Assembly: GCA_951406725.2 (NCBI GenBank)
Contig: OX597829.1
Span: 25,792,001 to 25,856,000, forward strand
Reading direction: 5' to 3'
Source: Octopus vulgaris
Taxonomy: Eukaryota
DNA length: 64,000 bases
Both the position numbers and the translations under genes were made by a program. Each line of letters opens with the position of its first letter. The first letter of the stretch is position 1. The notes under the pieces are model-generated. The model was not told where the DNA came from, made no database searches, and worked only from the letters and a program-made list of their open reading frames with translations. This document shows, one piece after another, positions 13,263 through 25,790 of this stretch.

Positions 13263-13265
<3 letters not shown>
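12340..13265 (+). mobile_element. 3' part of a Penelope-like element: decayed GIY-YIG endonuclease plus terminal repeat with HHR
   Basis: VKIGFSNTKNLLQIISSHN, YIGST..KRISIHYSTF..NSTGLSKLIWDLK, PYDKGKKFCLLCNSE. HHR ~200 bp after the stop; ends at (TA)n. Confidence 0.85.
13136..13221 (+). ncRNA. Hammerhead ribozyme motif in PLE terminal repeat (mutated)
   Basis: Stem I ACTTTC/GAAAGT; CTGAGGA; long stem II GAAGATT..CATTG/CAGTG..AATTTTC; GAAG instead of GAAA; CATGT; GTC. Confidence 0.65.
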
Positions 13266-13341
<76 letters not shown>

Positions 13342-13343
<2 letters not shown>

Positions 13344-14539
13344 ACAATTGAGGGTAAAATTAATTAATCAATTTCACCAAGTGTTCAGTATGTAAAAGGA
13401 CCATTTAAGGCGAACTTCAAAATATTACATTATATAATTAGGGCTTAGTAAAATAAATTACTTTGCCACATACTGAACTTAGTAGAAATAGCAGCCAAAA
13501 AAATTTTTTTTTTTTTTTTTTTAGCCGTTTCTACTACTTAAAGAAAGTTTCTCTCAGATAATGTTTACTCCAGACAGCTCACGAAGGTTTGGAGGTAAAT
13601 ACAGAAAAATATCACAAGTACATAGATCGTTTGAGTACGTCAACGTTTCAAGATTAGCCAAATAAAATCAGCATTTCTTTCGTCAGCTCAAAATTTTTTA
13701 ATTTGGATTTGGAAACACTAAAAAGAAGGAACTTTACCTCTCTGCGAACTTGTCGCTTCAAATGAACCAGCTCCAACTGATAGTGCCAACAAATTCAAAA
13801 TGCGCAGGCGTAAATTTCTGCACTCCTTTTCCACCCACGTGGTCTATCTAGCAAACACTATATTTTAACCGCGAGAACCAAGGCAGTATGACAGAGAGAA
13901 ATGAATTATAATATCAACAATTGAGGGTAAAATTAATTAATCAATTTCACCAAGTGTTCAGTATGTAAAAGGACCATTTAAGGCGAATTCAAAATATTAC
14001 ATTATATAATTAGGGCTTAGTAAAATAAATTACTTTGCCACATACTGAACTTAGTAGAAATAGCAGCCAAAAAATTTAAAAAAAAAAATTTTTTTAGCCG
14101 TTTCTACTACTTAAAGAAAGTTTCTCTCAGATAATGTTTACTCCAGACAGCTCACGAAGGTTTGGAGGTAAATACAGAAAAATATCACAAGTACATAGAT
14201 CGTTTGAGTACGTCAACGTTTCATTTGAAGCGACAAGTTCGCAGAGAGGTAAAGTTCCTTCTTTTTAGTGTTTCCAAATCCAAATTAAAAAATTTTGAGC
14301 TGACGAAAGAAATGCTGATTTTATTTGGCTAATCTTGAAACGTTGACGTACTCAAACGATCTATGTACTTGTGATATTTTTCTGTATTTACCTCCAAACC
14401 TTCGTGAGCTGTCTGGAGTAAACATTATCTGAGAGAAACTTTCTTTAAGTAGTAGAAACGGCTAAAAAAAAAAAAAAATTGGGGGCTGCTATTTCTACTA
14501 AGTTCAGTATGTGGCAAAGTAATTTATTTTACTAAGCCC

Positions 14540-14545
<6 letters not shown>
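13342..14545. mobile_element. Tandem + inverted terminal-repeat structure (Penelope pLTR-like) without ORF
   Basis: 13342-13650 is repeated directly at 13914-14222. 14222-14545 is the reverse complement of ~13435-13762. (TA)n on both sides; copies nearly identical. Confidence 0.88.
14294..14356 (+). ncRNA. Canonical type I hammerhead ribozyme motif (identical mirror at 13630-13692, minus strand)
   Basis: Stem I TTTGAG/CTCAAA; CTGACGA; stem II AAGA..GCTGA/TTGGC..TCTT; GAA; stem III ACGT-TG-ACGT; GUA triplet. Confidence 0.82.
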
Positions 14546-14585
<40 letters not shown>

Positions 14586-14587
<2 letters not shown>

Positions 14588-14960
14588 AATTAAGGAATGG
14601 AGTAGATGAGATCCGAGATACATGTTTCATAGCAAGCGGAACCTCGGAAGTGGTAAATATCCAAACGAGGTGAATACCGCAGGCTACACTTCAGGTCAAG
14701 GATATCTTGATTAAATGAAAGTTTACATTGTTGCAAAGAATTACATGTTAACACATTGAAAATTCAATCAGAATGTGATTGAATCTTCCATGTGTTAACA
14801 TGTACCTCTTTCCGACAATGCAAACTTTTGTTTAATCAAGATATTCGTCGCCTGAAGAGTAACCTGCTGTATTCGCCTCGTTTGGATATTTACTACTTCC
14901 GAGGTTCCGCTCGCTATGAAACATGTATCTTGGATCTTATCTACTCTAGTTCTTAACTCT
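14586..14960. repeat. Diverged palindrome (~185 bp arms) with HHR-like motif at 14852-14927
   Basis: Arms meet near 14773. CTGAAGA - extended hairpin (CCTCG/CGAGG) - GAAAC-AT-GTA; stem I weak. Confidence 0.8.
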
Positions 14961-15122
14961 TGCGTTCTTATTCGCATACCCATCAACCCTGGTCGCCTAC
15001 GGTGAAATATAACGATAGCTTTTTTTTTTCAATTTATCTGACTTCAATACGAAAACATCCACAACCTTCCGTCTCAATAAATCACTATTGTTCCTGAAAG
15101 TTTACTATGGATTGCTTGAAGT

Positions 15123-15184
<62 letters not shown>

Positions 15185-15186
<2 letters not shown>

Positions 15187-15420
15187 CTTTTTAATAGTTT
15201 TAATAGTTGCTGACTCTATCCACTATCGTCCGTTATCTGTCCGTAATCGGACCTGCGTTCGTTATGTATATAGATACGTACATACATACATATTTACATA
15301 TTTACATGCACACACGCGCACACACAGACACAGACACAGACACACACACACATATATATATATACATATATACAAGAATATATACACACATATATATATA
15401 TATACATACATATATACAAG

Positions 15421-15453
<33 letters not shown>

Positions 15454-15619
15454 GTATGAATGTATGTATGTATGTATGTATGTATGTATGTATGTATGTA
15501 TGTATGTATGTATGTATGTATGTATGTATGTGTATATATCTATATACATAAAGAACGCAGGTCCGATAACGGACAGATAACGGACGATAATGGATAGAGT
15601 CAGCAACTATTAAAAAGGT
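15185..15619. repeat. ~85 bp inverted repeats enclosing a pure microsatellite core (MITE-like)
   Basis: ttaatagttgctgactctatcca...gacctgcgttc (15200-15260) is mirrored at 15553-15612. Confidence 0.9.
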
Positions 15620-15639
15620 TGCAATGACAATTTTAGATA

Positions 15640-16560
15640 AAAAAAAAAGGAAATGAGTGGAAATCGAACCGGCGAGTGTGTTAATTGATAATGCGTTAAA
15701 ACAGAATGACCCTCCTCAGACACAATGATACCCTCACCCGCATACGCGCACGCACACATACACGCATACACACATGCATACAGTCCTACGAACGCATTAA
15801 AAACTGTTTCTCCTTCACTTATCTTGGTTCCATTGTGTCCAAAGATGTTAAGATGGATAAAGGTATTGAGTCCAGAATCAGGAAGGCTAGTTTCCCTTTC
15901 GGTAAGCTTTATCACAAGCTTTGTAACTACATATCTTTGAAAGCGAAAGTCGATGTATATAAGTCGGCGGTTTTGACAGCATTGCTATATGGTGCTCATT
16001 CTTGGACCCTGTACCGAAAGCATATCAACCAGTTTGACGCTCTTCAAAATCGAGTGAACATATTCATAAAAGTGAGGCGCTAACACGATACAACATATCA
16101 GGTATTGAAGCCATCTTCATCAAAATACAGCTTATATGGTCAGGTCATCTCTCGCGTATGAGTGATATCAGAATTTAGAACCAAATTCTCTTTGGCCAAT
16201 ATCCAACAGGAAGGTCAGTTGGAAGGCCACTCTTGCTTTTCAAAGACAAACTAAAAGACAGTCTGAAGCGATGCAGCATTCTCCTTTGTTCCTGGGAAAA
16301 ACAAAGCACGAGAACGCAGGACCTGGCGCCATTCCTGCTTCCCCTCAGTTCAAAGATTAGAGCAAAGTCGGCTCCAAAATCGGGACCTACTTCGTGCGAG
16401 CATGAAGGCATGTTGGCGAAACGCTGCTCCTCTAAATGGAAACCTTACCTGTCATTGTGATTTTGTGACTTGAAGCAAAGCAGGCCTTGCTGTCCATTCA
16501 GCAAACTGAGTATTCAATTTGTTCCCCTGCCAAAAGGTTTGCGAGGCACCAGCAGTCCTC
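15640..16560 (+). pseudogene. Decayed RTE-clade LINE 3' region
   Basis: FTYLGSIVS..IESRIRKAS..FGKL..KVDVYKSAVLTALLYGAHSWTLYRKH; WSGHLSRM; GRP...FKDKLKDSLK. Confidence 0.88.
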
Positions 16561-16712
16561 AAGAAACACATTTGTGTCCATAGTAGCTTGTTTGCCAGCC
16601 ACATGGAACTGGGTTCAGTCCCACTGCGTGGCACCTCGGTCAAGTGTCTGCTACTAAAGCCTCGGGCTAACCAAAGCCTTGTGAGTGGATTTGTGGAAAC
16701 TGAAAGAATCCC

Positions 16713-16804
<92 letters not shown>

Positions 16805-16810
<6 letters not shown>

Positions 16811-17012
16811 ATCCAAACAAGAAAGCACAAAAAAACACAACAACGCGAGGACGTGGAACAAATATAGTATTATTGGACGCTCAGGAAAGAAGGAGAGTTT
16901 AACGTTTCGAGCGGAGCTCTTCGTCGGAAACATAGGAGAAGGAAAGATCCAGAGAAAGGAAGACAGAAGAAAAAAAATCGCCAACGGTACACACGCGGTC
17001 ACATTTTGAAAG
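16805..17012 (-). mobile_element. ~210 bp HHR-containing module in (TA)n (family H1), HHR at 16897-16931
   Basis: Reverse complement reads GTTT-CCGACGA-A-GAGC-TCC-GCTC-GAAAC-GTT-AAAC. Homologous to 18573-18745, 59507-59712 and 62742-62926. Confidence 0.75.
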
Positions 17013-17032
17013 GAAATATATATATATATAAA

Positions 17033-17068
<36 letters not shown>

Positions 17069-17260
17069 TGTATGTATGTATGTATGTATGTATGTATGTA
17101 TGTATGTATGTGTGTATGTTTGTGCAAAAAACACCGATATAATAAGTACTAGGCTTAGAAATAATAGGGCCTGGGATCGATGTGCGTGTATGTGTTTTTG
17201 TGTGTGTGTACATACATACATACATGCATACATACATACATACATACATACATACATACA

Positions 17261-17346
<86 letters not shown>

Positions 17347-17534
17347 CATATTAATACATACACACACACATACATATGTATATTTATGCATGCATAAATT
17401 TCTATGTCTATCTAGCTAGCTAGAGTGAAAGTGGAGGAAGTAAAGATTAACAAGTCAGTCGGCACGAACAGACATACACTTATACATACCCCACTTAGAT
17501 TGGGTTGTATATCTATACAGAGCTATATATATAT

Positions 17535-17800
17535 AGTTGAAATTTACAAAAAAATAAAAGACGATGACAGGTGTATGAACCAGCAGGTATATTAGTTTGA
17601 CGCTGGGGAATGTGAGAAAGTCTTTTATGTTTCGAGCCTACACTCTTCAACAGAACAAAATAAGAGAAAATCAACATAGAAAATAGAAAAAAAACACTTG
17701 TGAATTTAGCGATCAGATATGGCGGCTGTTTGGGAAAAAGTTTTGACAGGAGAGGTAGGAAGAAGGGGAGATAATAAATATTGGTGATCCCAAAACGAAG
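17535..17800 (-). mobile_element. HHR-like module family H2 (core CTGTTGA, ~17622-17655)
   Basis: Reverse complement: CTGTTGA-A-GAGT-GTAG-GCTC-GAAAC-ATA-AAAG. Homologous to 39605-39740; abuts (TA)n. Confidence 0.55.
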
Positions 17801-18572
17801 GTGCGCGTGCGTGCCTGTATGTGAAAATGTTTGTGTGTGTGTGTGTATGTAGATAAGGGCTATTGACTTTGATGTGTGGATGTATGCGTGTGCAAGTGGC
17901 TACGTGGTAAGAAGTTTGTAGTCGTGTCTGTGGCTTAAGTTTATTTCCCAATCATACGGTTCTGGCACTGCGTGGAACTTTGGGCAAGTATATTCTGCTA
18001 TACTACTATAGCCTACTACTATACTATTAAAGCCTTGCCAGTAGATTTGGTAAACAGAAATTTAAAGAATCATATGTGTATCTATATACGTGTTTGTGTG
18101 TGTATGTTGGTACTTGCGTGTGTGTATGTGTGAGTATGTGTGTATGGGTGTGTCCATGCGTGCGTACGTGTGAGTGTGTGTATGTGTCTTTGTGTCTATG
18201 TGTCCTCACAACTGCTTGACAACCAGTGCTTTGGTGTGTTTGCATCACCGTAAGCAAGTTGTTCAGCATAAGAGACCGATAAAATAAGAACCAAGCTTTG
18301 AAATAAATACTGGAGTCGATTTATTTCCACCCAGGATGGCCACTGTCTAATGACTGAAACGATTAAAAGATAATATATATATATATATATAAACACACCA
18401 GCATCGGTTGTTAAGCGATGTTGGGGGGGGGGGACAAACACAGACACACAAACATACACACACACATATATATACATATATATGACGGGCTTCTTTCAGT
18501 TTCCGTCTACCAAATCCACTCACAAGGCTTTGGTCGAACCGAGGCTATAGTAGAAGGCACTTGCCCAAGGTG

Positions 18573-18745
18573 CCTTCCCTCCTTGGGATCTTTCCTTCTC
18601 CTTGTTTCCGACGAAGAGCTCCGCTCGAAACGTTAAACCCTCCTTCCCTTCTTTCCTGAGCGTCAATAATACTTTAATTGTTCCACGTCCTGCGTTGCTG
18701 TGTTTTTCTCTCTTTTTTTCTGTGTTTTCTTGTTTGGATTAACTA
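18573..18745 (+). mobile_element. HHR module family H1 (HHR 18604-18638)
   Basis: gtttccgacgaagagctccgctcgaaacgttaaac, ending tttggattaact + (TA)n. Confidence 0.75.
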
Positions 18746-18765
18746 TACATATATATATATATATA

Positions 18766-18851
<86 letters not shown>

Positions 18852-18854
<3 letters not shown>

Positions 18855-19262
18855 CGTAGGAGTGGCTGTGTGGTAAGTAGCTTGTTTACCAACCACATGG
18901 TTCCGGGTTCAGTCCACTGCGTGGCACCTTGGGCAAGTGTCTTCTACTGTAGCCTCGGGTCGACCAAAGCCTTGTGAGTAGATTTGGTAGACGGAAACTG
19001 AAAGAAGCCCGTCGTATATATGTATATATATATATGTGTGTGTGTGTGTGTATATATGTTTGTGTATCTGTGTTTGTCACCAACATCGCTTACAACCGAT
19101 GCTGGTGTGTTTACGTCACCGTAACTTAGCGGTTCGGCAAAAGCGATCGATAGAATAAGTACTAGGCTTACAAAGAATAAGTCCTGGTCTCGATTTGCTC
19201 GACTAAAGGCGGTGCTCCAGCATGGCCACTGTCAAATGACTGAAACAAGTAAAATAGTAAAA
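18852..19262 (+). mobile_element. tRNA-derived SINE family A, full length
   Basis: A-box TGGCTGTGTGG, B-box GGTTCAGTCC, internal (TA)(TG) tract, gactgaaacaagtaaaa tail. Confidence 0.92.
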
Positions 19263-19529
19263 AAAAATAGCATATATATCAGACTTAGGGAGATTAAGAA
19301 AATTTATTATTGACAAATATATAATTGTACTGAAAAATAAGATTAGATTGGAATTTTGGTATAATACATAGGAGGCCATAGGTTGGTACCATCATATTGA
19401 AAACAAGGACAAATATAAATTTTTAGTAAGTTGATATTAATGATTATTATTCCTCCATTAGCCCAATAGTTCTCAAAAGTCACTTTTATTTGCCAAGAAA
19501 AACGCAAACATGAGTATGAAATAAATAAA

Positions 19530-20130
19530 TGCAATATCAGCAGCTAGAAAATCGGTTATTAATTTTGATAATATTGACTGTTTTAACATTGCAATGGGGT
19601 CTGCCGACTCTGCACAGGTGACAGATCTTGTAGTAATATATATTTAATTTAATTTGAATAGGGAATTTCCTGATCTTGGAGGAGATTAATATATGGATTA
19701 TGTACTTTTTGTCATAAAAAATTAATAATAAAACTGAAGAAAATAAATTTTGTAATTATACGAATAAGCCCAACTGTAAATTTAGTAATTTCTGTAAATG
19801 CAATAATCTTGTATATCAGGCTATTGCTCAATCTGAAGGTAATGATTATTTTTATACTGGAGCAACTGAACACTTTATAAAGGAACCGTCTAAATATTAA
19901 TAATACAAGTCTTAGTAAGTTCATTTGGAGAATAAATGGCAGCAACAAGAGTTATAAAACTAAAAGGAAAATTATAAGTTACGCTAAACCATATTGTATG
20001 AATGACAGGTGATGTGAATTTTGTATAGAAGAAATTTACCAAATATCATCTTCGAGACATCAACTACTTACTTTTAGAAATGAAAAAGTTTGATCTTGTG
20101 TATACACTCCTGAGTATCTTTTCTCTAAAT
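19530..20130 (+). pseudogene. Highly decayed Penelope-like RT and GIY-YIG fragments
   Basis: FNIAMGSADSAQVTDLVVIYIL (F.V.MGS.DGAEVCELVGLYIL-like); TSLSKFIW..IISYAKPY..CEFCIEE, similar to the 12340-12935 element. Confidence 0.7.
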
Positions 20131-20243
20131 ATTGCTAGACTATATATTAAATACATACATACATACATACATACATACATACATACATACATACGTACAT
20201 ACGTACATACATACATACATACATACATACATACATACATACA

Positions 20244-20309
<66 letters not shown>

Positions 20310-20956
20310 CTAATAAAGTACAAACATATAATATATAATTTTGCATAGATGAAATTTCAATAATTAACATGGTCAATTAACAATATATTTGCTATATAAA
20401 ATGGACAATCTTCGTTATGTATAATCTTGTTATTCCTTCAATAACACATAATCTGAAGACGTAATACACGAAATCTATACAACCACGTAATACACAATTT
20501 TTCCCTCTCTGTATCACAAATTTATTAATAGAAAATACAACTCTTATTTTTAATAACCTTGATGAACTTTAGTTAATATTATAAGAATATTAAAATTAAT
20601 TATCATTATTTTAAAAAATTATTTTTGCTTTATATCAATTTAATTATAAACATGTAATATATATGATTATAATATCCTTAAACTCATGCATACACACATA
20701 TATATAATAGATATACGTAAACAAACACATGTCTACGCTACACGTTTTAGGCGTATATATACATGTAAAAATAATAAACAATTTGTATACACATACATAA
20801 ATAGCTATTGCTTGATTACTGATAGACCATATATATTAAATACTCGAATATAATATTAGTATTATATAATTATATCTCTATATGTAAATTTAATTTATAA
20901 ATAATATTACATCGTATAATATATTAATATAATATGTAATTTACTTTATTTACATA

Positions 20957-21245
20957 ATTTACATTTGACGGATATTTGTCCTCATCTGTTTGTTGTTAAC
21001 ACAACGTTTCGGCTAATATACCCTCCGAGTTCGATTCCAGGCAGTGACCTAAATAATAATGATAATAATAACATTGAAAAATACCTTAGGAATGAGAACC
21101 CAGGTTCGAAATTTCCCCAAGACTCCCGATGAAGGCTGGGGGTTGTGTTATGGTCGAAACGTTGTGTTAATAACAAACAAGATGAGGACAAACAAGATCC
21201 GTCAAATGTAAATACTGTACATAATTCCTCATCTCTTAAATATAA
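20957..21245 (+). mobile_element. HHR module with 5' inverted copy of its 3' part
   Basis: CCGATGA-AGGCTG..TGGTC-GAAAC-GTT-GTGTT at 21126-21168; 20957-21026 is the reverse complement of 21138-21213. Confidence 0.7.
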
Positions 21246-21347
21246 AACTATATAATTTACTATTAAGTAGAGCCGTATAATCAGCAATCTTTGTATAACT
21301 GAAATAATTAAAATGATTAATTAATCGTTTTAGTTACTATTTAATTA

Positions 21348-22472
21348 TTAGGTTATCAAGAAAGTTCTTGCGGAATTTTTAATTTTGATTTTAAATTATG
21401 TATTTTCAAATTAATTTTCGTTAAATTACTTTGACTTTATATATCATTTTAAAGCCCATTTTGCACTCTATCTAATCGTGTTACTCTTTTCCTTTTTGAC
21501 TTATTAGGCCATTTTTTTCAGAACGTTGAATACAACATGGTCAAAAATCAAATTCAAACAATTTTCTTATTCCAGTTCAAGCTAGGCCGAAAAGCACGCG
21601 ATATCAACGATGCGTTTGGCCCAGGAACCACAAATGAACGTACAGCACAATGGTGGTTCAAGAAATTTCGTAGCGGTGACGAGTGTCTTGAATATGATAA
21701 GCGTGGTGGTCAGCCATCGGATGGTGGCAACGATCAACTAAGAGCCTTAGTTGAAGCCAATCCACGCACAACTGTTCGAGAATTTGCTTCTGAATTAGAC
21801 GTAACTTATACGATAATTTCCAACCACTTGAAAGAGATTGGAAAAACAAAAATACTTGAGAAATGGGTGCCGCACGAATTGAACGACAATAAAAAAAACA
21901 AAAACAAAAAAGAACCGCTGTTTTGAAGAGTCGTCTTCCCTTCTTTTACGTAACAAGAACGACCCGTTTCTCAACCGGATTGTGACTTGCAATGAAAAGT
22001 GGATTCTTTACAACAACCGGCGACGCTCAGCTCAGTGGTTGGACGCCGACGAAGCCCCACTGCACTTTCTGAAGCCAAAGTTGCACCAAAAGAAGGTCAT
22101 GGTGACTGTTTAGTGGTGTGCGACTGGGCTCTTCCACCACACCTTTTTGGATCCAGGTGAAACCATTACGGCGGAGAAGTATTGTCAGTAAATGGATGAA
22201 ACGCATAAGAAACTCCAACAACATCAGCCAGCATTGGTCAATAGAAAAGAACAAATTCTTCTCCACGACAACTCTCGGCCGCGCGTCGCACAACTGACTC
22301 TGCAGAAGTTGAATGAATTGGGCTACAAAACTCTGCCTCATCTGCCATACTCACCAGACCGCTCGCCTACCGACTACCACTTTTTCAAGCATCTGAACAA
22401 CTTCCTGCGTGAAAAATGCTTCAAAAAACCAAAACGATGCCAAACACGCCTTCAACGATTTCATCGCCACCA
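21348..22472 (+). mobile_element. Decayed mariner (Hsmar1/SETMAR-like, DD34D) transposon, 3'-truncated
   Basis: TA + ttaggttatcaagaaagttcttgcgg TIR. WWFKKFRSGD, WVPHEL, IVTCNEKW, LLHDNSRP, YSPDRSPTDYHFF. Frameshifts and stops. Confidence 0.93.
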
Positions 22473-22563
22473 GAAGGCATATACATACACACAATAAATA
22501 TCTATTTCTTAGTTTATTGATAAAATCCAATCCATCAACATGTAACTCTTTCTGTTGTACTCT

Positions 22564-22682
22564 AGGCCTGATGAGATTCTACCCAATATTATTCAAAATG
22601 CTATTTTATTCTAATTTTTGGATTTGTTCCAGTCTTTCAATTTACAATTATATATTGGACTGAACTGAAACGTTCGTAGGCT
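22564..22682 (+). ncRNA. HHR-like motif with ~90 nt stem II
   Basis: CTGATGA; TTC..CCAATAT / ATATTGG..GAA; GAA; ACG-TT-CGT; GUA triplet; stem I AGGC/GGCT with one mismatch. Confidence 0.5.
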
Positions 22683-22877
22683 TTATTTGGCAGTATGTTT
22701 ATAAATTAATTTTATATACTTACCAACTCTCCATTCTTCTTCTTTAATCATATTTATACTTATAATAATCCCAAATCCCATATATATCGAAGAGATTATT
22801 CCCCAACAGTGTTGGTGATTAAACCAGTGAAATTTCGGATATAATAATCCCTTATGAGGATAAGATATCCTCGCATG

Positions 22878-22915
<38 letters not shown>

Positions 22916-23287
22916 CTTAATTATATTAGAGGGTACACGAAGCACCACTTGCTAAAAAGTGGAAGTAAAAGCCTACAACCAATCTTACTGAAACTATGTA
23001 ATGGACCAACAGAAATCGGGCAAACGAGTGGAATTTAACATATTTTCTCAGCTAAAAAGCCGTAGAATAAGGTAACAGATATACCTGGATCATGATTTCA
23101 AATTCTGGTTAGAGACTTAATTCTCCTCACCAGGTCTCACTGTACCTAATATGAAAAGTCCATCTCACCTCGTTGTAATCCGTTACGTCTTGAATAGTCC
23201 CGCGCCAAATTCAAAGCAATTTCAGTGCATAATATATATATATATATAAGAATGAGTAAATATTCAAAATAAATACTCATAAAGATA

Positions 23288-23404
23288 CTATTATTATTAT
23301 TATTATTATTGTTGTTGTTGTTGTTGCTGTTGTTGTTGTTGTTGCTGCTGCTGTTGTTGTTGTTGTTGTTGTTGTTGTTGCTGCTGCTGTTGTTGTTTTT
23401 GTTG

Positions 23405-23474
<70 letters not shown>

Positions 23475-23490
23475 CATCATCATTATCATC
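23288..23490. repeat. Compound (TTA)/(TTG)/(CTG)/(TCA) trinucleotide microsatellite
   Basis: Directly visible tandem arrays. Confidence 0.97.
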
Positions 23491-23924
23491 AGGGGCAAAT
23501 CTAAATAATTTATAATAACAATAACAATAACATTAGTGGCAGCAAGCTATATTACCATTGAACAGCTATACAATAAATTCTTAATTATATTAGAGGGTAC
23601 ACGAAGTACCAGCTTCTAATGTTATTGTGACAACCATTTGCTCCACTAAGTGGTCCTCAACCTTAATCATGTGACCTACGTTTGAAACGGATACTGAATA
23701 TGAAATATTGTTAAATAATAAACAAACTTTCGGACGCACATATCTTTTATCTTTTACTTGCTTCGGTTAGTGAACTGCGGTCATGCTAAGACACCGTATT
23801 GAAGAGTATAGTTGGACATTATCTCTAATGTCTGGTACTTATTACATCGGTCTTTGTTACCGAACTGTTAAGTTACGGAGACGCAAACAAACCAGCACTC
23901 ATTGTCAAGAAGTAATGCAGGACA

Positions 23925-24018
<94 letters not shown>

Positions 24019-24315
24019 AGTTTCCAGCCCGGGGGCCATAGTAGAAGATATTTGCCTTAGGTGCCTCGCAATGAGACTGAATCCGAAACCAGATGGTTTG
24101 CAAAGTGAAGTTTTTAATTGCACAGCCTTTCCTACGTCTGTCAAATATTGAGGAAAAACAACAACAAAAAAAATACACTTTCGGAAAAACAGGAAAAAAT
24201 TCAGTGATACTGTCAACAGATATGCAAATAATTAAATATGAAAGTAGTAATGAATCCAATTATCGGTTGTTGAACATATTCAAAGGTGGGCATTAACATT
24301 TACCAACGAAAACAA

Positions 24316-24557
<242 letters not shown>

Positions 24558-25294
24558 ATGAAGTGTACCTGAAAATTTCCTATAAATGTGACATCATTAA
24601 TTTAAACTATCAAATGAAACAGCTTTACTTTGTTTTCTTGTATAAAATGTCAATAGAAGCTATGTAAAACCCGCTTGAGTTGTTTCTTCTGTCAAGAAAG
24701 TTTACTGGTGTCAAATACAATTAGAATTTATACGGCATCTATTATGAATAACGAAATAGATAAATAAATGAATAAAATATAAAAAAAGATATGAATGTGT
24801 AGCATTGTTGTGCCAAATCTTTCGCATGAACAGTCAAGCTATTTGCGTTTTAGTAACAGGACATACATACATAGCATTATAATACACCCCCACCCCGCAT
24901 ACGCGTACGTACACTTACATACGTATGAACAAATACACATATGCATACATATGCATACATATGTATGTATGTATTTATGTATGTATATATGTATGTGTGT
25001 GTGTGTGTGTTCGGAGGTGGGGTGCCAGTGCAATAAGTGTTAAAGGAATAATTGTGGTAGTAATAAGGCTAGGGTGATAGGGAGATGTGTGAGAATAATA
25101 ACTTGCTAACGTAAAGATTAAATACTCTCATGAAACCTATTGACAGATTATAAAATATCCGGTTGATTGCTGAATAAATCTTTTAATAATACGATAATAC
25201 TATCTGGAATTCAATTTTTGCTTTCAGGTAAAACTCTATCCATCCATTTTCTCTGCCTGCTATTCCTGGGATGGTCGTATGGGTATAGTCCTGA

Positions 25295-25790
25295 GGTACC
25301 TCTTCTGTAGGGCCCAATCAGAAGCAAATGTTATCAGACATCTCGTTTGGATTCTTAAGCACGTCCAACTGAGACAGTGAATATTATTCTACAATCTCGT
25401 TCTTGATCTTCCCCCAGGTTACCCTTCCTGTTGGTTCAACTTCAAAAAATCCGTCTTGCGGTTCTTCACTGAGATAGCTCCGTTACACCGGAGCTATGAT
25501 CTTTCAATGCAGTGAAGTAGCGGCTCTGCCTGGAGAAATACTTTGATCTCCGAGCTTTGTACTCGGTCGAATAACGTTATTCCAAATATCCTTCAAAGGA
25601 GTCCCATTTCATCCACTTGTATTCACAATCGTACTTTTTCGGTTATTATCTAACATTCATGACCATAGGTACGAATTGGTACAAAAACTGAATTGGAGAT
25701 AGCAAGTTTAGCTTCTTTTTCTACTAAGTTCTTGTCCTTTGAAGATTAGATACTGAAGCTGGCGCATCACTGTACCACCAACTACAATTC
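25295..25790 (-). pseudogene. Decayed RTE-like LINE 3' fragment
   Basis: Minus strand reads ..PILTYGHECW-like (acctatggtcatgaatgttag), DRVQSSEIK..EPLLHCIERS, and a degenerate GRPRTRW-like end. Confidence 0.65.

Noticed and set aside
23083-23140. Minus-strand CTGGTGA...GAAATCATGATC motif
   Set aside because: Core mismatch and no clear stem I or II.
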